Source: Gemmatimonadales bacterium (GTDB taxonomy: Bacteria; Gemmatimonadota; Gemmatimonadetes; Gemmatimonadales; GWC2-71-9). Taken from it: 64,000 nt of DNA. The number at the start of each line of letters is the position of its first letter. Position 1 is the stretch's first letter. The notes beneath the pieces are model-generated. The model worked only from the letters and a program-made list of their open reading frames with translations, searched no databases and was not told the DNA's origin. Of the stretch, positions 48,639 through 58,985 are shown piece by piece. The stretch is taken from contig JBFGJG010000006.1 in the NCBI GenBank assembly GCA_041577295.1, forward strand, positions 32,001 through 96,000. Reading direction: 5' to 3'. A program made the position numbers and the translations under genes.

Positions 48639-50781
48639 AAAACCTTGCGATCTCCAGCATAGCCTCCGCCAGATCGGGAATTTGCGGAAGGATCACGTCC
48701 TCCAGTTCCGGGGCGTAGGCAACAAACGTGTCGGTCGACGCCACGCGACGCACGGGCGCATCCAGCCACGCGAAGTGTTCGTCCGCGATCTTCGCTGCCA
48801 GTTCGGCTCCGTAGCCCCACGACAGGGAGTCTTCGTAGGCAACTATCACTTTGTTTGTCTTGCGGACCGACTCGCCGACCGTTTCCCAGTCGACGGGGCT
48901 GAGCGACCGAAGATCGACGACTTCAACGCTGATTCCGTGCTCCTCCTCGATCTGCTTGGCAGCCTGGAGCGTGCGTTGGACAACCGCACCGTACGTGATC
49001 ACGCTCAGGTCCGTACCCTCACGAGCCACTTTGGCCTTGCCAAAGGGAATCATGAAGTTGGGACCTGGGTAAGGGGCCTTGTTGTACGTCTGCCGGTAGA
49101 GATGCTTGTGCTCCAGGAAGATCACAGGATCGTCACACCGAATCGCTGTGCGCAAAAGCCCGTTGGCCTCGAGAGCCGTGGCCGGGCAGACGACGCGTAG
49201 GCCCGGGATTCCCGTGTAAACGGCGGCGCCGGTCTGCGAATGATAGATCGCTCCGCCTTTGAGATACCCACCGTAGGTGACGCGGACGACGACCGGTGCT
49301 GAAAAGGCGCCATTGCTTCTCCACCGCAACGTTGCGAGCTCGTTGCGAATTTGATGATAGGCTGGCCAGATGTAATCGAAGAATTGAATCTCCACTACCG
49401 GCTTGATGCCACGGGTCGCAAGACCAATCGCGCGCCCGACGATGTTCGCTTCCGCCAGCGGTGAGTTGTACACACGGGAGCCACCGAATTGCTTCTGCAA
49501 CCCCCACGTGACCTTGAAGACTCCTCCCTTCCCTTTCACGAGATCGAGGTATTCCTCGCGTGAGGTGTCAGCCACATCTTCACCAAAGACGACGATGCGT
49601 GGCTCCCGTTCCATCTCGTCTTTGAGGCATTTGTTGAGCAGATCCACCATCGTGGTGGGATCACCACTGAACTGAGGATCATCTTCGGTATCAAACTGCT
49701 CGGCCGTTGGATCGACGTCCGGCGAGTATACATGCAGATACACGGTGTCCGGGCCAGGCTGTGGCGATGCCAACGCCACGTCAGAGGCGAGCTCGATTTC
49801 TTCTTCCACGCTAGCTTTGATTTGCTCGACTTCTGCCTCGGTGGCCAGCCCGTCGTCCAGCAGGCGTGTCGGGAACGTCACCAACGGATCGCGTTGAGTT
49901 TCGGCCTCACGCTCCTGGGGCGGCTTGTACAAGACCTCGTCATCCGAGAGCGAGTGCGAGTACGGTCGTATTACATGCGCGTGAACGAGCGCCGGCCCTT
50001 TGCGAGCCCGCACATAGTTGGCCGCTCGAGTAAGCACCTCCAGGGACGCAACTGGATCGCATCCGTCCACTTCTTCGACCAAGAGGTTTGGAAAACTGGA
50101 GACCAGTTTCGAGACCGATCCGCCGGCCGTCTGGACCTCGATCGGCACCGAAATGGCATACCCGTTGTCCTCGATCAAGAAGAGAACGGGCAGCTTCAGA
50201 TTGCAGGCGGTGTTCATCGCCTCCCAGAACTCCCCCTCACTGGTCGTCCCATCACCAGCGGTGCACAACGTGATTTCATCCTTAGGTATGCGCCTCTCCG
50301 CTTCCGGGATGGTGTCGATGAGGTGATACCGGAGCCACGCCTCCGCACAGCCAACGGCGTTCAAGAACTGTGTGCCCGTGGGACTGGACGAGCTGACGAT
50401 GTTGAGCTCCGCGTGCCCCCAATGCGATGGCATCTGGCGACCACCCGAATTGGGGTCGTCCGCGGCACCCACCGCGGACAGCAGCATTTCGGTAGGCGTC
50501 ATGCCCAGCATGAGGCAGAGCGCACGGTCTCGATAGTAGGGAAAGAACCAGTCGTAACTCGGTTTGAGGACCTTCCCTGCCGCCACGAGTACCGCCTCGT
50601 GACCGGCACCCGAGATTTGAAAGAAGATCTTGTTCTGTCGCTTGAGCTGGATCTCTCTGTCGTCGAGACGGCGAGAGAGGAGCATCACCCGATACATCTC
50701 GAGGAGCTCCTCTTTGCCAAGCTGGGTGGCTTGCGACCCTTTGGTTCGCTTGGACGCTTTCGATCGTGCTTGGGTGGCCAT
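48637..50781 (-). CDS. 2-oxoacid (probably branched-chain) dehydrogenase E1, fused alpha/beta
   Basis: [16 protein letters not shown]...N TPP motif, [23 protein letters not shown]. Confidence 0.92.
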   Translation of the reverse strand: MATQARSKASKRTKGSQATQLGKEELLEMYRVMLLSRRLDDREIQLKRQNKIFFQISGAGHEAVLVAAGKVLKPSYDWFFPYYRDRALCLMLGMTPTEMLLSAVGAADDPNSGGRQMPSHWGHAELNIVSSSSPTGTQFLNAVGCAEAWLRYHLIDTIPEAERRIPKDEITLCTAGDGTTSEGEFWEAMNTACNLKLPVLFLIEDNGYAISVPIEVQTAGGSVSKLVSSFPNLLVEEVDGCDPVASLEVLTRAANYVRARKGPALVHAHVIRPYSHSLSDDEVLYKPPQEREAETQRDPLVTFPTRLLDDGLATEAEVEQIKASVEEEIELASDVALASPQPGPDTVYLHVYSPDVDPTAEQFDTEDDPQFSGDPTTMVDLLNKCLKDEMEREPRIVVFGEDVADTSREEYLDLVKGKGGVFKVTWGLQKQFGGSRVYNSPLAEANIVGRAIGLATRGIKPVVEIQFFDYIWPAYHQIRNELATLRWRSNGAFSAPVVVRVTYGGYLKGGAIYHSQTGAAVYTGIPGLRVVCPATALEANGLLRTAIRCDDPVIFLEHKHLYRQTYNKAPYPGPNFMIPFGKAKVAREGTDLSVITYGAVVQRTLQAAKQIEEEHGISVEVVDLRSLSPVDWETVGESVRKTNKVIVAYEDSLSWGYGAELAAKIADEHFAWLDAPVRRVASTDTFVAYAPELEDVILPQIPDLAEAMLEIARF

Positions 50782-50953
50782 GACCGCCTAAAGATAGCTG
50801 GGTTCGAGACGGAGGCTAGCAAGGAGCGGGCCGACCGACAGCGGATCGCGCGTGATCGGGATCACACCGGCTTGTAATGCAAGTATCAAATAATGTTGAA
50901 CTTATACGTCCAGGTCCTGGTAGACGTTACCGCGGGCGACCGCGGAACCGCCA

Positions 50954-51205
50954 TTACTTGAGCCGCGTGAGCCGTCGGAGCACCTGGAGCTTGTCGAGGG
51001 GCGTCTGATCGGACGGTTTCTCCGTGAGGAGCGCATCCCGTACATCCAACAGGACCTCGAGGATCAGTTGCTCCCGTTGATAAGAGCTGTCGAGGTCAAA
51101 CATCCGCTCGCGGTCACCTGCGGCCTTCGCGCGCTCGTACGCTTCGCGGTAAATGGACTCGAGATTCCCGAGAATGCGTTCTCGTGAACGGGGTTGCATC
51201 ACCAC
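50954..51205 (-). CDS. Hypothetical protein
   Basis: Helical ORF of about 81-83 aa, co-oriented with its neighbours. Confidence 0.7.
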   Translation of the reverse strand: MVMQPRSRERILGNLESIYREAYERAKAAGDRERMFDLDSSYQREQLILEVLLDVRDALLTEKPSDQTPLDKLQVLRRLTRLK

Positions 51206-51229
51206 TCCGTAGCAGTGGAGAGATCAAGC

Positions 51230-51541
51230 ATGGGCATATCCCGACGGGCCAAGCACCGGCGAACCGCTATCTTTCGACGCGATGGCTATCGCTGTGTCTA
51301 CTGCGGACTCGTCTTCTCGGACAAGGAACTCACGGTGGACCATGTGCAACCGCGTGTCAAACGTGGTGACCACTCGCCCGGTAATCTCGTGAGCGCGTGC
51401 GTCCGGTGCAACACGGACAAGGGTGGGCGCGCGGCCTGGGATTACCTCAGAAGCCGCCCCACACAGCGTCAGAACTTCTTGCGTTACGCGGTTCATGTCT
51501 GGGCCCGTCTGCGGCGTGCCGTGCAGGACGCCGGACGGTGA
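51230..51541 (+). CDS. Stand-alone HNH endonuclease
   Basis: RDGYRCVYCG...LTVDHVQP...GNLVSACVRCNTDKG. Confidence 0.9.
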   Translation: MGISRRAKHRRTAIFRRDGYRCVYCGLVFSDKELTVDHVQPRVKRGDHSPGNLVSACVRCNTDKGGRAAWDYLRSRPTQRQNFLRYAVHVWARLRRAVQDAGR

Positions 51542-51554
51542 CCTCGTGCCTTGC

Positions 51555-52790
51555 TCAGTCGTGGCGGAGTAGGACGATCCCACTGGGGACCTTCGGAACG
51601 AAGTACGTGGATTTCTGCGGCATCGTCGCTCCCGCGTCGGCCACCGCCAACACCTGATCCACCGCGGGAGGATTCAACACCACCCCGCCAACTGCACCCT
51701 CCGTGACCGCTTGCGCGACGTCATTCGGATCCGGCGTGTACCGGACTTTGGCTGCGGTCCCTGCGGCCTGGAGCAAACGCCGCAGCACAAACGCATCTGC
51801 GCGGGCCACATCGAGCTGCATCACCGCGGGATGGTCCACGAGAGCGCGTTCGGCACTCTGGACCCGCCCTTGCAAGCCGAGCAGCGCGACGCGGTCTGGG
51901 AGGACCAACGCACAGACCGGCTCCGATCCGCCAAGGTCCGACAACCGGCTAACGTAATCTTCTGCTCCCGACAGCTCGAGCACTGCAAGGTGTGCGCGGA
52001 ACTCCTTGAGCAGCGACGCCGAGTCCACTGACTCCCCATACACGATGCGGTGGGTTGGTAATACGCTGAGGCCAGGATCGCCCAGCGGCACCACGAGCGC
52101 CAACGTTCGATCCGCGAGCGAGCGCTCCCGAGCGTACGCAAGTGCGGTTTCGTATCGGTGATGACCATCGGCGATGTAGAGTGGCCCGGCACTTGCAGCC
52201 GCGGCCACATCCTTGGCTTTCGACCCTGTGACAACCCAGAGCGCCAGCGACACATCATCCAAAATCGCCTCCGCGGTCGGGGGGCCCTCAGTCACCGCTT
52301 GTAGCAGGTTCAGCAGTGTCTCATCTGGGTCACGCGAGATCATGAGTAACGCGTCCATGACCGTGCGGCTTGCGCGTAGGAGAGCCAATCGATCCGCCTT
52401 TGGCCCAGCGTGCGTCTTCTCGTGCGGCCTGACCCGACCAGCGGAGAATTCCTCGACGGCCACCCCAACGATCACTCCCGTCCGGGAGCGAGAAAGGCCA
52501 TCCGGAAGTTTGAAGCGTTGCCTTACGACCGTTACGCTCGGTTCGCGGTCGGCAACCAAGGTTCCTTCACCGCGCCACGTTGTAAGCGTGCGTGCGGCAC
52601 GCGCGTACCGATCGTCGTCTCCTGCTGGGAGCAGTACGTGAACCACGTTGTGGGGATCGGTCGCGGCGAGCGTCTCGCGCTGCTTCGCGGAAATGACATC
52701 GTAGGGTGGCGCCAGGAGGACGCTCAGCGATTTCCGCGCGTCGTAACGCTCACCGATGAAGGGAACTGCCATGGGCGCTTGCATGTTCAT
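51555..52790 (-). CDS. DUF1015 family protein
   Basis: APPYDVIS, VRPHEKT, YIADGHHRYET, LPTHR, MPQKSTYFVPK; ATGA overlap with rsgA. Confidence 0.9.
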   Translation of the reverse strand: MNMQAPMAVPFIGERYDARKSLSVLLAPPYDVISAKQRETLAATDPHNVVHVLLPAGDDDRYARAARTLTTWRGEGTLVADREPSVTVVRQRFKLPDGLSRSRTGVIVGVAVEEFSAGRVRPHEKTHAGPKADRLALLRASRTVMDALLMISRDPDETLLNLLQAVTEGPPTAEAILDDVSLALWVVTGSKAKDVAAAASAGPLYIADGHHRYETALAYARERSLADRTLALVVPLGDPGLSVLPTHRIVYGESVDSASLLKEFRAHLAVLELSGAEDYVSRLSDLGGSEPVCALVLPDRVALLGLQGRVQSAERALVDHPAVMQLDVARADAFVLRRLLQAAGTAAKVRYTPDPNDVAQAVTEGAVGGVVLNPPAVDQVLAVADAGATMPQKSTYFVPKVPSGIVLLRHD

Positions 52791-53665
52791 GCCCACGGTC
52801 GCGCGGCGCGTTGGGATTCCTCGAGCAGCCTGCGGTAGGACGTCAGGCGACTTTCGCGAATCTCCCCGTTTGCCACGGCGGCGATCACCGCACACTCTGG
52901 CTCTTCCCCATGACGGCAGTTGTCGAATCGGCAACCCGCCCCATGGCGGCGAATCTCTGGAAATGCCGCCTCCACCTCGGCAGGATCGAGTCCCCACAGG
53001 CCGATATCACGCAAACCCGGCGTGTCGACGACGAACCCTCGTTCGCCAAACGGGTGCATTTCCGCGGCGACGGTGGTGTGACGTCCAGTGGACGACTTCC
53101 GACTGACGTCTCCCGTCCGCAACCGCAGCCCCGGTTGGAGCGCGTTCAGCAGACTCGACTTGCCGACGCCCGTGGGTCCGGTGAATAGCGATATGCGACC
53201 CTCGAGGTGATCTCGCAGGCCATCGAGTCCCTCGTGGTTCGGTACGCTCGTGGAAACGACGGGATACCCCGCCGCGCGGTACGGTTCGAGGTGCTGCTGG
53301 CAGTCGTCGGTAAGGTCACACTTGTTGATCACCACTACCGAAGGGAGTCCGTTTACCTCCGCCACTGCCGTGAACCGGTCGATGAGGTGAGGATCCCAGT
53401 CAGGGCGCCGGGCCGCGCCGACGACGACGATCTGATCGACATTGGCGGCGACAGGTCGTGTGCCGGTCGACTTACCCGGGCTGCGCCGCTTCAACACGGA
53501 ACGCCGTGGCTCGACGGTTTCGATCGTCGCCGAGCGGTCGTCGTGGACCTGAACGGTCACCGCGTCCCCAACCAGCACCCGGCTCGCTGTGGACTGTTTG
53601 AGCCGACCTCGTAGCGACGCTTCGAGGATGGACCCCTCGCAGTAGACTTGGTACCGACCCCCCAC
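52787..53665 (-). CDS. rsgA: Ribosome small subunit-dependent GTPase
   Basis: AANVD, NKCD, GPTGVGKSSL, GRHTT, DTPG, CRFDNCRH..EPEC. The start may lie slightly upstream. Confidence 0.95.
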   Translation of the reverse strand: MGGRYQVYCEGSILEASLRGRLKQSTASRVLVGDAVTVQVHDDRSATIETVEPRRSVLKRRSPGKSTGTRPVAANVDQIVVVGAARRPDWDPHLIDRFTAVAEVNGLPSVVVINKCDLTDDCQQHLEPYRAAGYPVVSTSVPNHEGLDGLRDHLEGRISLFTGPTGVGKSSLLNALQPGLRLRTGDVSRKSSTGRHTTVAAEMHPFGERGFVVDTPGLRDIGLWGLDPAEVEAAFPEIRRHGAGCRFDNCRHGEEPECAVIAAVANGEIRESRLTSYRRLLEESQRAARPWA

Positions 53666-53694
53666 CTTCGAGAGTACCGACCCCTGTCGAGTGG

Positions 53695-54018
53695 CTACCA
53701 GTTGGGCTCCTCCCGACGTGCCTCGATCGCTTGATCGAGTAGCGCTTTCACTCGGTGGAGCGTAAGGGTCCGAACGGCTGCGCCAGCCTCCTCCGGCGTT
53801 GTGCCGTACATCAGGTATGGCGTTTCCACATGGCCCACTGGCCGATCTCCCGCTGACGACCAGCGCACGAAGAGGATCGCAGCGCCGTAGCGGCCGTCGG
53901 CGCCCGGTTCGTCATCGACGTAGACATCCACCGAGTACGCTTCGCCGTCGATTCCTTCGAAGGCGGGAGGGCGGTCATGCGTCGCGAAGTATCCACCCAA
54001 TGTCGCGTCGTCGTTCAT
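53695..54018 (-). CDS. Hypothetical protein
   Basis: MNDDATLGGY...HDRPPAFEG; ATGA overlap with the proline dehydrogenase stop. Confidence 0.75.
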   Translation of the reverse strand: MNDDATLGGYFATHDRPPAFEGIDGEAYSVDVYVDDEPGADGRYGAAILFVRWSSAGDRPVGHVETPYLMYGTTPEEAGAAVRTLTLHRVKALLDQAIEARREEPNW

Positions 54019-54947
54019 CGGCGCACGCCCGCTTCCTTGAGCATACTGGCGACCATGAACGCCAGGTTCGCCGGGCGTTCGGCGAGTCGCCGCATCAAAT
54101 ACGGATACCATGCCGACCCGAATGGGATGTAGACACGAACGCGGTATCCGTCACGCCGAAGGCGCTCCTGAAGATCTCGGCGAACACCGTAGAGCAATTG
54201 AAACTCAAATCGGTCTTTGGCGATACCGTGGCGTACGGCGAGCTGCTCCGCTTTGTGGACAATGGCATCGTCGTGCGTAGCCAGCGCCGGCTTGCATCCC
54301 TCGGTCAGGAGCCGTTCCATAAGCCTGACGAAGGACTCATCCACCTCGTGGCGCTTCTGCAACGCCACTGCTGGCGGCTCCGCGTATGCGCCTTTGCAGA
54401 GCCGCACGCTCGCTCCCCGAGCTATCAGATCTTCGACATCCTCGGCCGAGCGTCGCAGGTAGCTCTGAATGACGACGCCCGTGCGATCGCCGAACTCCGG
54501 ATGCAAGTGCTCGTAGAACAAATCCAGCGTGCGCTGCGTGTAGTCGGAACTCTCCATGTCGATGCGAACGAATACGCCGTGATCGGAGGCGCGACGGAGG
54601 ATCGTTCGCATGTTTTCCAAACAGAGAGATTCGTCCAGATCGAGGCCCAGTTGAGTGAGCTTTACCGATACTCCCCCATCGACAGCCTCACGTGCGATCG
54701 CCTCGACGGTTTCGAGGACCTCGTCCCGCGCCGCCATCGTCTCGTCGGCGTGAGTCACACTCTCTCCCAACACATCCAGACTCACAGCGATGCCCGACTC
54801 GTTCAGCACGCGGCCGGCGGTCACCGCGCCCTCGACTGACTCACCAGCGACGAATCGAGAAGCGACTCTCCGGGCGAACCCATTCCGCTTGACGAAGTTG
54901 AAGATGCTGCGTCGCTCGGACAGCCAAAGAAACGTGCTCCGCAACAT
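54015..54947 (-). CDS. Monofunctional proline dehydrogenase
   Basis: RFVAGE, SVKLTQLG, RIDME, VRLCKGAY, ATHD, YLMRRLAERP. Confidence 0.93.
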   Translation of the reverse strand: MLRSTFLWLSERRSIFNFVKRNGFARRVASRFVAGESVEGAVTAGRVLNESGIAVSLDVLGESVTHADETMAARDEVLETVEAIAREAVDGGVSVKLTQLGLDLDESLCLENMRTILRRASDHGVFVRIDMESSDYTQRTLDLFYEHLHPEFGDRTGVVIQSYLRRSAEDVEDLIARGASVRLCKGAYAEPPAVALQKRHEVDESFVRLMERLLTEGCKPALATHDDAIVHKAEQLAVRHGIAKDRFEFQLLYGVRRDLQERLRRDGYRVRVYIPFGSAWYPYLMRRLAERPANLAFMVASMLKEAGVRR

Positions 54948-54961
54948 GAGATTTGCTGCTA

Positions 54962-57088
54962 TCAGTCCGTGGGGTAAAACCGCTCCGCTCGTTCGGCCTG
55001 CTCTTGGAGGGCGGGTGCAGGTTGGAAGCGGTCGCCGTACTTGGCGGCAAGGTCGTTCATCACGGTCACGGCGTTGGCTGCCCCGATGTCATCGAGGTAG
55101 CGAAGGGGGCCGCCCCGGAACGGGGGGAAACCGATACCGAAGATGGCACCGATATCGCCATCGCGCGGCGATCGCACGACATTTTCGGACACGGCCATCG
55201 CGGCTTCGTTGAGCATCGCATAGATGAGCCGGTTTCGTACATCATTTGCGGGCACGCTGGTGTCCGGCTCCGCATCGATGATCTCGTACACGCTCTCATC
55301 GACGCCTCGTTTCTTGCCCTGTTCGTACCTATAGAAGCCGCGCCCATTCTTGCGCCCCAACCGCCCATCGGCGGTGATGCGGGCGAGGCTTTCTCCCGGC
55401 CGCAGCCGAGGGCCAAACGCCTCATGCAAGACGACGGCGGCCTTCTGCGCCACATCGAGGCCAACTTCGTCCAGCAAGGTGATTGGCCCGACGGGGAAGC
55501 CAAATTTGGTCATCGCCCGGTCGATGGTGTCGATCGACACCCCCTCCTCGAGAAGCCGGCCAGCCTCGTTGAGGTAAGGTGCGAGGATACGGTTGACCCA
55601 GAATCCGGGACAGTCGCGCACCACGATCACCGTCTTCCCAATCGCGCGCCCAAACGTCACGGCAGTGACAGTAACCCACGGAGCTGTCTGATCGGTGACG
55701 ATGACTTCGAGTAACGGCATCTTCTCCACTGGCGAGAAGAAGTGCATGCCAATCACCCGGTCGGGATGGCGGACGGCTTCCGCGATCCGTGCGATTGGAA
55801 TCGTGCTCGTGTTCGATGCGAGCACCGCGTCATCATGCGCCTGTGCCTCCACCTCACGGAAGACGCGTCGCTTGACATCGAGATCCTCGAACACGGCTTC
55901 AATGACGAGGCCGGCACGTCCGAAGCCGTCCCACCCGGTGCCGCCCGAGAGCAATTGCTCCAATTCGCGAAACTCGTACTTGGTGATTCGCCGACGCTCC
56001 AGCCGACTCTTGAGGTACCCACGGGCCGCGCGGAGTCCTCGCCCTACAGCTTTGAGGTCGGTGTCGCGGAAGCGGACGTCCATTCTCGCCTGCGCGACCG
56101 CCACCCCTCCGATCGCTGCCCCCATGAACCCGGCGCCCACAATGGCGAGATTTTCGACTTTTCGCGGCGGTGGCGCGCGCTCCACGCCGGCGTCCTTCTT
56201 CAATGCGGTCGTTGCGAAGAAGATCTGAACGAGCTTGCGAGAGACGTCACCTACGGCCAGTTCGGCGAACTCGGCAGCCTCCCTCTCGAGTCCGGCCTGC
56301 AGCCCGTGCGCAAGGCCATGCTCGACGGCGCGCAGCGCTGCGAGTGGCGCGGGATAGTGCCCGCCCGTGCGCTTGAGCACTTGTTTACGCGCCGTCTTCA
56401 AGACGATCCTGCGACCCACGGGATTTTTCTCGAGCGCGAGATCCGCGATGCCCGCGCTACGACGGCTGGGACGCCAGCCATCCGCAAGACGCAGCGCGGC
56501 TTTGCGGGCCGCCTCCTTGAGCACCGCGGGGTGAACGAGCTCGTCCACAATCCCCGCACGATGCGCTCGGCGGGCCGGTAATTGCTTTCCCGTGAGGATC
56601 AGGTCGAGCGCTCGTCGCAAACCGATCAGACGTGGCAGCCGTTGACAGCCCCCGGCGGCCGGCAGGATGCCGAGCTGAACTTCAGGGAGCCCTAGTTTGG
56701 TCTTGGGATCGTCGGTGGCGATGCGATAGGCGCACGCCAGCGCGGTCTCGAGACCGCCGCCCAGGCATGCACCGCCGATGGCAGCCACGGTCGGCTTGCC
56801 GAGCTCGGGAATCTTGTTGATGAGCTGTTGTCCGCCGGTGACTAGGCGCAGGGCTTCCTCGCGCGATGAGAGAGCGACGAACTCGTCGATGTCCGCCCCC
56901 GCAATGAAGCTCCCCGGCTTGGTGGAGATGAGCACCACCGCTCGCACCGAGTCGTCCGACCCCACGGTGCTGAGCAAGGGGGCGAGCTCATCGCGTACCC
57001 CTCGCGTAATCTTGTTGACCGGCTCGTCGGAAAGGTTGAGCTCCAGCCACGCCACGCCCTCTTCCACCCGGAGACGGAACGCGCCCAC
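54962..57088 (-). CDS. fadJ: Fatty acid oxidation complex alpha subunit
   Basis: FIAGADI, CLGGGLE, LPEVQLG, GAGFMG, EAVFE, SNTS, GMHFFSP. Confidence 0.92.
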   Translation of the reverse strand: MGAFRLRVEEGVAWLELNLSDEPVNKITRGVRDELAPLLSTVGSDDSVRAVVLISTKPGSFIAGADIDEFVALSSREEALRLVTGGQQLINKIPELGKPTVAAIGGACLGGGLETALACAYRIATDDPKTKLGLPEVQLGILPAAGGCQRLPRLIGLRRALDLILTGKQLPARRAHRAGIVDELVHPAVLKEAARKAALRLADGWRPSRRSAGIADLALEKNPVGRRIVLKTARKQVLKRTGGHYPAPLAALRAVEHGLAHGLQAGLEREAAEFAELAVGDVSRKLVQIFFATTALKKDAGVERAPPPRKVENLAIVGAGFMGAAIGGVAVAQARMDVRFRDTDLKAVGRGLRAARGYLKSRLERRRITKYEFRELEQLLSGGTGWDGFGRAGLVIEAVFEDLDVKRRVFREVEAQAHDDAVLASNTSTIPIARIAEAVRHPDRVIGMHFFSPVEKMPLLEVIVTDQTAPWVTVTAVTFGRAIGKTVIVVRDCPGFWVNRILAPYLNEAGRLLEEGVSIDTIDRAMTKFGFPVGPITLLDEVGLDVAQKAAVVLHEAFGPRLRPGESLARITADGRLGRKNGRGFYRYEQGKKRGVDESVYEIIDAEPDTSVPANDVRNRLIYAMLNEAAMAVSENVVRSPRDGDIGAIFGIGFPPFRGGPLRYLDDIGAANAVTVMNDLAAKYGDRFQPAPALQEQAERAERFYPTD

Positions 57089-57090
57089 GG

Positions 57091-58386
57091 TCAGGCCTGC
57101 TCCAGTACCATGGCGAATCCCATTCCACCCTGCGCACAGACGGAGATGAGGCCGAGCGCCACCCTTCGGCGCCGCATTTCGTTCGCGAGGGTGAGCGTGA
57201 TACGAGCACCGGTAGCTCCGAACGGATGCCCAATGGCAATGGAGCCACCCATCACGTTCAACGTGTCTCGGTTGACCGTGCCGATCGGTTCAGATCTTCC
57301 GAGTCGCTCATGGGCCCAGCTGCGGGACTCGAAGGCCTGAATGTTCGAGAGTACCTGCGCGGCGAAAGCTTCGTGCATCTCCACCAGCCCCAGCTCGTCC
57401 CAGCCAATGCCCGCGCGGTCGAGTGCCTTTGGCACTGCGTATGCCGGCCCCATCAGCAGCTGATCACCGGGGTCCAAAGCGGCGACCGCGTAGGAGCGAA
57501 TGAAGACCAAGGGCTGGTAGCCGAGACTCTGCGCCGCGTCCTCGCTCATGAGCAGCACGGCGGCCGCTCCATCGGTCAACGGCGACGCGTTCGCGGCTGT
57601 CACAGTTCCGTATTTCTTATCGAACACCGGTGGCAGCGTCGCCATCTTGGCGAGGGTCGTATCGGCACGCACGCCGTTGTCGCGCACGATGGGCTCAACC
57701 TCACCGGGCACGAAGACCGGTGCGATCTCGCGGGCGAGACGCCCGTCTTCCGTCCCAGCGTGAGCCAGTTCATGGCTTCGCAGCGCGAATTCATCCTGCG
57801 CTTCTCGGCTAATGCCGTTGATCTTGGCCATTTTCTCGGCGGACTGTCCCATCGTCTCACCGGTAGACGGTTCCGCGATGGCGGGGCTCACCGGTATTAG
57901 ATCTTTGGGACGGAAGTCCGAGAGTATCCTCAGCCGCTCTTTGGCGCTCTTCGCCCTGTTGAAGCCGATGAGCAGATTGGTGAACCGTCGCGAATGCAGG
58001 ATTGGGACCTGAGACAAACTCTCGGCGCCGCCGGCAATGACCACGTCGGCGTGACCGTGCGCAATCTGATGATAGCCCTGGGCAATCGCCTCGTTGGCCG
58101 AAGCACACGCGCGATTGACAGACGCCGCCGGAATATGCTTCGGAAACTGGGGTAAAAGGCTCACTTCTCGGGCAAGGTTGGGCGCCAGCGGGCTCGGCAC
58201 CACCTGACCGAAGTACATCGCACCGACTTCCTTGCCATCGAGGTTCATCCGGTGGACGAGCTCAACGGTCGCATGCTTCGCGAGGTCGACGGCCGTCAAG
58301 TCGTTGAACGCGGTACCAGCCTTACAGAACGGCGTGCGGCAGCCGCCGACCACCGCTACACGGCGCCCATTCATCGAAGGTGACAT
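57091..58386 (-). CDS. fadI: 3-ketoacyl-CoA thiolase
   Basis: NRACAS, HEAFAAQ, GHPFGATG, CAQGG; adjacent to fadJ. Confidence 0.92.
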   Translation of the reverse strand: MSPSMNGRRVAVVGGCRTPFCKAGTAFNDLTAVDLAKHATVELVHRMNLDGKEVGAMYFGQVVPSPLAPNLAREVSLLPQFPKHIPAASVNRACASANEAIAQGYHQIAHGHADVVIAGGAESLSQVPILHSRRFTNLLIGFNRAKSAKERLRILSDFRPKDLIPVSPAIAEPSTGETMGQSAEKMAKINGISREAQDEFALRSHELAHAGTEDGRLAREIAPVFVPGEVEPIVRDNGVRADTTLAKMATLPPVFDKKYGTVTAANASPLTDGAAAVLLMSEDAAQSLGYQPLVFIRSYAVAALDPGDQLLMGPAYAVPKALDRAGIGWDELGLVEMHEAFAAQVLSNIQAFESRSWAHERLGRSEPIGTVNRDTLNVMGGSIAIGHPFGATGARITLTLANEMRRRRVALGLISVCAQGGMGFAMVLEQA

Positions 58387-58441
58387 GGTCCCAAAGCTAG
58401 TTTGTCGGAGGTGGCGCAGCTAGCATTGAAACGTCATCATT

Positions 58442-58981
58442 TCATTCGGTGGGACGTTGCGCCAGTACGCTGGCGAGCGCCATCTGTCGGCCGTCGATGG
58501 TTTCGATCACGTCGCGGGCCAGGATGATCTCGAATGGGTGGACGAGGGACAGGAGCTCCGCGGGCCGCAGCAGATGATCCGGGGAGGAGGGACCCCAGCC
58601 AAATTCCCGCTGAGCTTCCAAAAAGGTCTCTGCCATGAAGTAGCCACCCGGAGCCACGGCGCCAAGAAACGTGTCCAATCGTGTCCGGTCGAGGTAATTG
58701 AAGATCATCACTAGGTCGAATGGTCCCGCGGGGACTTGGTCGCTCCGTAAATCGGCTCTGACCCATTGGACCGTCACGCCCGATTCCTTCGCTGCCTGCG
58801 CAGCGGTGCGGAGCTTCTCCTCGTCCACATCCACAGCCACCACGTGGGCTCCGAGCTTGGCGGCGGCGATGGCGTTTCGGCCTCGGCCACACGCGAGATC
58901 CAGGACGCGCATCGATTTGTGAATCAGGGCCGAGTGCCAGACAAACCAGGGACTCGGAACGCATGGTTTGACCTCTGACAC
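58442..58981 (-). CDS. Class I SAM-dependent methyltransferase
   Basis: VLDLACGRGRNA, FDLV..FNYL. Start uncertain; GTG 58981 chosen. Confidence 0.85.
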   Translation of the reverse strand: MSEVKPCVPSPWFVWHSALIHKSMRVLDLACGRGRNAIAAAKLGAHVVAVDVDEEKLRTAAQAAKESGVTVQWVRADLRSDQVPAGPFDLVMIFNYLDRTRLDTFLGAVAPGGYFMAETFLEAQREFGWGPSSPDHLLRPAELLSLVHPFEIILARDVIETIDGRQMALASVLAQRPTE

Positions 58982-58985
58982 GTTA

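Noticed and set aside
50878..50905. dif site
   Set aside because: Only loose similarity to the XerD arm, with no convincing XerC arm; better grouped with the 25-bp quasi-palindromes.
50782..50953. tRNA or ncRNA in this intergenic gap (contains GGTTCGAG)
   Set aside because: No cloverleaf or acceptor stem could be built around the T-loop-like word.
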